A stretch of DNA of 64,000 bases, taken from contig CP011213.1 in the NCBI GenBank assembly GCA_001029735.1, forward strand, positions 460,613 through 524,612, written 5' to 3'. The stretch comes from Berkelbacteria bacterium GW2011_GWE1_39_12 (GTDB lineage: Bacteria; Patescibacteriota; UBA1384; UBA12157). The stretch's first letter is position 1. Every line of letters begins with the position of its first letter. This document shows, piece after piece, positions 58,027-64,000 of the stretch. The notes beneath the pieces are model-generated. The model saw only the letters and a list, made by a program, of their open reading frames with translations, searched no databases and was not told where the DNA came from. The position numbers and the translations under genes are program-made.

Positions 58027-58770
58027 ATGTATAAAATTAACCCCAAAAGAGGCTTGGAAAGCCTCAAAAAGATCTTCTCAAGAAGATCTAAATTTTTTTT
58101 ATTAGTGCCGGTGACGATTGCGATTCTAGTAGCAGGTATGTTTTTAGTTAAGCCAAACGTTTTACCCAAATTAAATGCAGCCCCAAGCCGAGAAGACACG
58201 GTAAAGTCAGAAATAATAAAACCTGTTTTACCAAGTGATCAGAATGTGGTCGGATTAGATGAAAAGGTAGCAAAAGAAGAGCCTAAACAGACGACGGCTA
58301 AAAAAATAAAAGTTGTTCCAGCTCCGACAGTAAAAAGCATAAAGAAAACTACAACACCGATTAATTCAGTTGTATCTCCACCTGTTGCAAGTGTAAGTTC
58401 AAGTGCTAGTACTATACTAAGCCTGGTAAATGAAGCCAGGCGAGCGAATAGCCTTAGTAGTGTCAGTTACAATTCAAAACTTAGTCAGGCAGCGCAAGCA
58501 AAAGCCGATGATATGTCGAGTCAAAACTATTTCTCTCATACCAACCCTCAAGGGCAAAATGATTTTTACTTTGCAACCTCTGCAGGTTATAAATATTCTT
58601 GGATCGGCTCAAACATTGCCAAGGGAAGTTATTCTAGTGCGCAAGGAGTTTTTGACGCTTGGATGAATAGTCCGGGGCATAAGGCTAATATTCTAGGTGC
58701 CAAGGGATTAGAAATTGGATATGCCCAAAACGGTCAGTATTTCAGCTTTTTTATTGGTGCCGCTCAGTAG
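58027..58770 (+). CDS. CAP/SCP-domain protein
   Basis: LVN..R, L..AAQ.KA.DM…YFSH and WMNSPGH.ANI motifs. Confidence 0.9.
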   Translation: MYKINPKRGLESLKKIFSRRSKFFLLVPVTIAILVAGMFLVKPNVLPKLNAAPSREDTVKSEIIKPVLPSDQNVVGLDEKVAKEEPKQTTAKKIKVVPAPTVKSIKKTTTPINSVVSPPVASVSSSASTILSLVNEARRANSLSSVSYNSKLSQAAQAKADDMSSQNYFSHTNPQGQNDFYFATSAGYKYSWIGSNIAKGSYSSAQGVFDAWMNSPGHKANILGAKGLEIGYAQNGQYFSFFIGAAQ

Positions 58771-58878
58771 ATTGACGGTCGTTATCTAAACTATATAAAA
58801 ACGGTCGGAGATTGCATCAAAGGCCGTTTTTGTGATTTAAAACGATGAATTAATATTTACAGCTACTATGATTGAACT

Positions 58879-59058
58879 ATGATCACTTTGCTGGTTATTT
58901 ACCTCGTTTCTTTATTTGCTTATATTACTTTCTTTTACTATGTCATCAAAAGAGTTTATGAATTAAAATTAACAAATGATAAAATTGAAAAAATTATAAA
59001 TTTTTTTATAGCAACAAGTGCAATCTTAATCTGTCTTAGTTTCTTTTTACTAATATGA
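58879..59058 (+). CDS. Small 2-TM protein, 59 aa; not in the ORF track
   Basis: Open frame whose TGA overlaps the next ATG (ATGA). Confidence 0.5.
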   Translation: MITLLVIYLVSLFAYITFFYYVIKRVYELKLTNDKIEKIINFFIATSAILICLSFFLLI

Positions 59059-59801
59059 AAAGTCTATTTAATATTCCCGGTGTCGATGAAAAAGAAATTA
59101 TACTGATGGTACGTAAGCATTGGATTACTGCCGTTTTAAGTATTGTCTATGGTTTATTTAGTTTAGTTGTATTTATTTTCTTGTTAAGATATCTGGCTCT
59201 GATCCAAGTGGGAATCTTTGCTTGGAGATTAACAATCGTGATTTTAACGATATATTTGCTTGTTACTTTATTATACATCTTCAATGATATTGTTAAATAT
59301 TATTATGATGTCTTAGTTCTAACAAAAGAAAAAATTATTAAAGTGGATCAAAAGAATCTGATATCAAGATTAATTTTTGAAATAGAATCGAAAAAAGTTT
59401 TAAACGTTAGCTCTGTCTATCCAACGTTCATTCACGCTTTATTTAAATTCGGAAATACAGTAATCGAGCTAGAGCATGAAACAATCACATTCTTTTTTGT
59501 TCCAAATCCTGTCAGGATATCGAAGGCAATTGCGGAGATCAATAAAATGAAGAAAGAATTGGGTTTAAAGCCCGGTAATAATGTTACAGAGTTTTCTACA
59601 AAGGAGGATGAAATGGTTGCCATTAGTGGATTAGAAAAAATAGATAAAAAAGATCAAGGTGAAGGAAAAACTACAGAGGATCTTTTGAAAGCCCAAACAG
59701 AGTTAGCTGCCAAAGAATTGCTAAAACAACGGTCGTCAACTAATAAAAAACCAAAATCTTGGATCGAGATCATTTTCGAAGAAATTTTTGGTCGATTTTG
59801 A
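59055..59801 (+). CDS. Membrane protein with a bacterial PH-like domain
   Basis: E.....RKHW, two TM helices, LT…I...Q, FG.V.I and PNP motifs. Confidence 0.75.
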   Translation: MKSLFNIPGVDEKEIILMVRKHWITAVLSIVYGLFSLVVFIFLLRYLALIQVGIFAWRLTIVILTIYLLVTLLYIFNDIVKYYYDVLVLTKEKIIKVDQKNLISRLIFEIESKKVLNVSSVYPTFIHALFKFGNTVIELEHETITFFFVPNPVRISKAIAEINKMKKELGLKPGNNVTEFSTKEDEMVAISGLEKIDKKDQGEGKTTEDLLKAQTELAAKELLKQRSSTNKKPKSWIEIIFEEIFGRF

Positions 59802-59853
59802 TTTGTTTTGTTTTCCAATGAAATGATGAGTTCAGTTTATTATTATTAAGTTA

Positions 59854-62013
59854 ATGGAAAAAATAGATCTTAAATTAGCTTTTCTTTCTACTTATCCGCC
59901 AAGCCGTTGTGGGATTGCAACGTTTGCTTCTTCACTAATAGAAAATTTAGAGCATTATTTAAATAGTCAGATAAAAATTATAGCGGTGAGTGATCTTAAA
60001 CAAGCATATCCACCTCAGGTTATCTTTGAAATTAATCAAAATCAAAAACAGTCATATTTTGAGGCTGCTAAGATGATAAATACTAGCAGTATTGAAGTCG
60101 TAATTCTCCAGCACGAATATGGTATTTTTGGTGGAGAAGATGGCGAATATATTTTAAATTTTTTAGAAAATATTAATAAGCCAATTGTGACAAGCTTACA
60201 CTCGGTACTACATGTACATAGTACTCATCGAAAATTACTAACTCAAAAGATCTTAAATCTTTCCAATTCGGTAGTCGTCATGACGAAGGCAGCAAAAAAA
60301 ATTCTATTGGAAACTATGGATATTCAGGCAGAAAAAATTTTTGTCGTGCCTCACGGAGTACCAAATGTTCGCTTTGATGAGAAAGATAAAATCAAGGATT
60401 TTTTAGGCTTAGATAATAAGAAAGTTGTGAGCACTTTTGGATTATTGAATAGAGGCAAGGGGATTGAATTGGCAATTTCTTCTGTGTCGGAATTAGTTTC
60501 AACATATCCAGATATTTTGTATTTAATTATCGGAGTAACACACCCTAAAATATTAGAAAAAGAAGGTGAGCAATATCGCAGATCATTAATGCGACAAGTT
60601 AAGGAAATGAAGTTAACAAATAATGTTCGTTTTATCGATAGCTATTTAGATTATTATGATTTAGTTTGTTATTTAAAAGCGACTGATGTTTACCTTGCTC
60701 CGCAGTTAGATTTAAATCAAGCTTTTTCAGGAACAATTTCTTATGCGCTAGGTTGTGGATGCGTTGTTGTTTCGTCACCCACATCGTATGCAAAGGAAGT
60801 GCTTTCTGATGGACGGGGAGTTATAGTTGAACCAAAAAGCGAAAAAATCAGTAACGAGCTCAAAAAAATATTCACGTCAGAGGATTCGATTAAAAAAACT
60901 GCTCTTAAAAGTTATCGATATGCTCGTTCTATGACTTGGCACCAGGTTGGTTTGAAATATTTAGATGTAATAGAGAAAAATCTTTTTATAAACAATGATG
61001 GTTGGGCACAGCGACTGCCAAATTTTAAATCGCCCCCTCCTTTAAATCACTTATTAAACAATACTACTGACTTTGGATTATATCAGCATATGATAGGAAG
61101 CACTCCAAACATCGAGTTTGGTTACAGCTTAGACGATCAAGCAAGAGCCTTAATTGCATGCCATGAATTGTCCTATAATTTTACCGATTTAAAAGTAGAA
61201 AAATATAAAAAAGTTTACTTGAGTTTTTTAGATAACGCTATTGATAACAAAGGTCGAATTCACAATTTTTTTAGTGATGCGCAAAAATATATTGATAAAA
61301 ATGCCTCTGCAGATTCAATAGCGCGAAGTTTTTGGGCATTAAGTTGTTGCAAGGAAGATAGCAGATATAAAATTAAAACAAATAAAATACTTAGTATTTA
61401 TCAGAATAAATTAAATTTTGATCATGTAAAACCTATTTCGTACTCTTTGCTCGGTTATACTAACCTAAAGAATAAAGAGATGACTATATTGCTAGCAGAC
61501 AAATTAATCGAAAGATTTAGTCAAACCAGCAATAAATCCTGGCAATGGTTCGAAGATGAGCTTACTTGGGCAAATGCAATAGTTATTTTATCTCTTTGCA
61601 AGGCTTATAAATTGACAAAAAACAGCATCTATCTGAGCACGGCATTAAAATCTTTAAAGTTTTTAGAAAAGCATTCTATTGTATCGGGATATCCTGCACC
61701 GATTGGTCAAAAAAAATGGTACAAGAGAAACAAGTGTCGAAGTTTGTTTGACCAACAGCCGATCGAAGTAGCAGATATGGTGATGCTTTATAATGAGCTC
61801 TTTTATATTACGGGTGAAAAAAAATACAAAGATAAAGCCTTCTTTTGGTTTGGTTGGTATTTTGGCAATAATATGAATAATGTATTGATCTTTGATCCGA
61901 TCACAAAAGGTGTTTGTGACGGACTTTCCAAAAACGGTGTGAATAAAAACCAAGGAGCTGAATCGATTGTAACTTATTTAATGGCTTACTCGTCATTTAA
62001 TAAGCCCATTTAA
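59854..62013 (+). CDS. GT4 glycosyltransferase fused to an (alpha/alpha)6-like domain
   Basis: STYPP..CGIATF, QHEYGIFGG, PHG and TFGL…KG.E; C-terminal DD.ARAL, FDQQP.E and N.NQGAES motifs. Confidence 0.9.
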   Translation: MEKIDLKLAFLSTYPPSRCGIATFASSLIENLEHYLNSQIKIIAVSDLKQAYPPQVIFEINQNQKQSYFEAAKMINTSSIEVVILQHEYGIFGGEDGEYILNFLENINKPIVTSLHSVLHVHSTHRKLLTQKILNLSNSVVVMTKAAKKILLETMDIQAEKIFVVPHGVPNVRFDEKDKIKDFLGLDNKKVVSTFGLLNRGKGIELAISSVSELVSTYPDILYLIIGVTHPKILEKEGEQYRRSLMRQVKEMKLTNNVRFIDSYLDYYDLVCYLKATDVYLAPQLDLNQAFSGTISYALGCGCVVVSSPTSYAKEVLSDGRGVIVEPKSEKISNELKKIFTSEDSIKKTALKSYRYARSMTWHQVGLKYLDVIEKNLFINNDGWAQRLPNFKSPPPLNHLLNNTTDFGLYQHMIGSTPNIEFGYSLDDQARALIACHELSYNFTDLKVEKYKKVYLSFLDNAIDNKGRIHNFFSDAQKYIDKNASADSIARSFWALSCCKEDSRYKIKTNKILSIYQNKLNFDHVKPISYSLLGYTNLKNKEMTILLADKLIERFSQTSNKSWQWFEDELTWANAIVILSLCKAYKLTKNSIYLSTALKSLKFLEKHSIVSGYPAPIGQKKWYKRNKCRSLFDQQPIEVADMVMLYNELFYITGEKKYKDKAFFWFGWYFGNNMNNVLIFDPITKGVCDGLSKNGVNKNQGAESIVTYLMAYSSFNKPI

Positions 62014-62045
62014 ATATGTTAGTATATAAAAAAAAAGGAGGTTTT

Positions 62046-62795
62046 ATGGGAAAAAAATTACAAGGCCTGAAGAAGTTTAACCTTTTGATGGCTTTTCTGC
62101 ATTTCGGTCAGGGTGTGGCCATGTTGTTCTTGTCGAGTAATTTTTCACTGCCGGTGAATGCATCGTTTTTAAGTTTCGATTTTTTAACACAAAAGTTGGT
62201 TCCAGAAAACTCTGTTTTGTATGATCTCAGGATTGGCCCAGCAATCGCCGTTTTTTTATTTATTTCCGCATTAGCACATCTTTTGGTTTCGACTGTTCTT
62301 AATAAATGGTATAACGAAAATCTGGCCAAAGGAATTAATTATGCCAGGTGGATTGAATATTCTTTCTCTTCCTCTATTATGATTGTGATTATTGCGATGC
62401 TGGTGGGAGTTTATGACATTGCCGCTTTGATATTGATTTTCACACTTAACGCTATGATGATTTTGTTTGGCTGGATGATGGAACTGCACAATCAGACTAC
62501 TTCAAAAACAAACTGGACATCATTTTATTTTGGATGCATTGCCGGAATCGTTCCGTGGATTGTTATCGCCATATATCTTTTTGGCGCTCACGATAAAGCC
62601 CCTAATTTTGTTTATTGGCTCTACTTTTCCATCTTTTTATTTTTCAATTGTTTTGCAATTAACCAAATCTTGCAATACAAAAAGGTGGGTAAGTGGGCTA
62701 ATTATCTTTACGGCGAACGAGATTACATTATTTTAAGTTTGGTGGCCAAATCACTCCTTGCTTGGCAAGTTTTTGGCGGGACACTCAGGCCTTAA
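62046..62795 (+). CDS. Heliorhodopsin
   Basis: N…LH..Q, H in TM2, N..RW.EYS.SSS.M, MILFG..ME and retinal-binding LSLVAK.LLAW. Confidence 0.93.
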   Translation: MGKKLQGLKKFNLLMAFLHFGQGVAMLFLSSNFSLPVNASFLSFDFLTQKLVPENSVLYDLRIGPAIAVFLFISALAHLLVSTVLNKWYNENLAKGINYARWIEYSFSSSIMIVIIAMLVGVYDIAALILIFTLNAMMILFGWMMELHNQTTSKTNWTSFYFGCIAGIVPWIVIAIYLFGAHDKAPNFVYWLYFSIFLFFNCFAINQILQYKKVGKWANYLYGERDYIILSLVAKSLLAWQVFGGTLRP

Positions 62796-63053
62796 ATTAT
62801 CTTAAATGTGTAATATGAAAAGCCGTTTTTGCACAAATGACAACGTGCTCTTGCGGCTTTTTTGCGCATAATATATACTTAAATTAAGGTTTAGATGGGT
62901 TAGTAAATCGCCAATTTTGGCGGTAGATGTATTCATTTCTATAAGGTTATATATCAAAAGGAGAGGGTTTATTTTATAGCGGCAGCTTAAAACAAACTTG
63001 TGTTCTTTTTCAGTTGCAGAAAAGTATTACAGAAATTTATGAGGTTATAAATA

Positions 63054-64000
63054 ATGTCTAAAGGAGAGGGTTTATATCCAGCGCCTACACGAAAGCGGAT
63101 CGAAGATCTCGATGCGCAAATTGCTGGTATCCAAAAAGGGACACGAGCCCTTGTTCCCGCTATAATTCCTTTACACGATATCCTAAGACAGAAATTTCGT
63201 TGGTACTACAAATGGACGGCATGGCCAGCCAGTAAGACAATTAACCTATTAGTATTATTTATATATTTAATTGGCGCCTCTTGGTTTGGTGCTCATTTTT
63301 TTATGAATTCAAAAATGGCTAAAGCGGCGACTATCACCACTTTATCTTATGCTACAGGGAATGGCTCAGGCAGTACAGTTACTAATCCGGCTGGTGCAAC
63401 AAGTGATAAAGCAACTTATCTTTCGGCGGCTACAGATTTTGAGGGTCCTAAAACGTCTGGTACAGAAATTGCCACCGCTGATTATTCTAATATTGCTTCT
63501 TCCAATGATGTTAGATATACGACAACTATTGCCCCGATCCTCGGGAAAGCTCCATATCAAATCTTTCGCTTTTACATAGATCCCGCTGTGATCAATAAAA
63601 CTGCTATTACCAGGTTCGTATTCACTCATGAGGGTTATAGTACCAGAGCCACATATCATAGCCGCACTATTACTGTCTTTGGCGGCGTAGCGACCGTGAA
63701 TGAAACAACTAATGTTACCGATACTAATTTAGCCTTATCTTTCGATACAACCTCTCTCAATATAAGTAACTACGTTGATAGTTCGAATTATGTTTATTTT
63801 ATGGTAAAGGGTATTGTTGCTACGCCTGCTGTTGCCTCTACTCTTAATACTGACTATGTGAAGCTTGACGTTACTACAATTGTTCCACCTTCCGCGCCAA
63901 CTATTACTGCTCCAAATGGTGGCGAATCATGGGAACCTGGTAGTATCAATAATGTTATTTGGGATACTGCCGGATCAGGCTTAAAGTACCAAGTTGAAGC
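63054..64000 (+). CDS. Large surface protein, 3'-truncated; not in the ORF track
   Basis: Open frame from ATG 63054 to the window end; N-terminal H..L…WYYKW plus TM/signal ending AKA; Thr/Ser-rich; PNGGESW Ig-like motif. Confidence 0.8.
   Translation, partial: MSKGEGLYPAPTRKRIEDLDAQIAGIQKGTRALVPAIIPLHDILRQKFRWYYKWTAWPASKTINLLVLFIYLIGASWFGAHFFMNSKMAKAATITTLSYATGNGSGSTVTNPAGATSDKATYLSAATDFEGPKTSGTEIATADYSNIASSNDVRYTTTIAPILGKAPYQIFRFYIDPAVINKTAITRFVFTHEGYSTRATYHSRTITVFGGVATVNETTNVTDTNLALSFDTTSLNISNYVDSSNYVYFMVKGIVATPAVASTLNTDYVKLDVTTIVPPSAPTITAPNGGESWEPGSINNVIWDTAGSGLKYQVE

Noticed and set aside
194-63659. Numerous short overlapping or antisense ORFs inside pnp, rnj, ftsK, recA, ppsA, rpoD and other genes
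   Set aside because: They are shadow frames of well-supported genes, with no motifs or RBS.
1-64000. Stop-codon reassignment (code 25), prophage, IS transposase, DGR or retron
   Set aside because: TGA terminates intact genes, and no structural phage genes, transposases or reverse transcriptases are visible.

Overview
A 64-kb chromosomal segment of a low-GC bacterium using standard code 11, with frequent TTG starts and most genes on the + strand. Gene content and style point to Patescibacteria/CPR, possibly Berkelbacteria-like (inference). Core genes: DHH phosphoesterase (5'-truncated), rpsO-pnp, family-4 UDG, RNase J, ftsK, recA-recX, ppsA, tRNA-Ser(GGA), dnaG-rpoD. Two histidine kinases and four stand-alone receivers sit directly upstream of a type IV pilus operon. 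The most notable features are: (1) a tRNA-Asn(GUU) gene split at anticodon position 35/36 by a 568-nt group I intron carrying an HNH ORF in its L1 loop and a genomic repeat inserted next to its core; (2) a ~9.3-kb integrase-less array of gene cassettes downstream of that tRNA, with six copies of the tRNA 3' heptamer GGAGCCA and conserved junction sequences that look like orphaned protein C-terminal tails; (3) at least three dispersed structured repeat families, including a TAT(A/G)-bounded twin-hairpin element with covarying stems that sits on start codons and inside a prepilin leader; (4) an rpsO nested between fragments of a synonymous-divergent second rpsO; (5) a candidate ~215-nt ncRNA. 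The window ends with sortase-anchored surface proteins (an ice-binding DUF3494 protein and a Cys-repeat protein), a heliorhodopsin and the start of a large surface protein. All calls come from reading the sequence; no searches were run.
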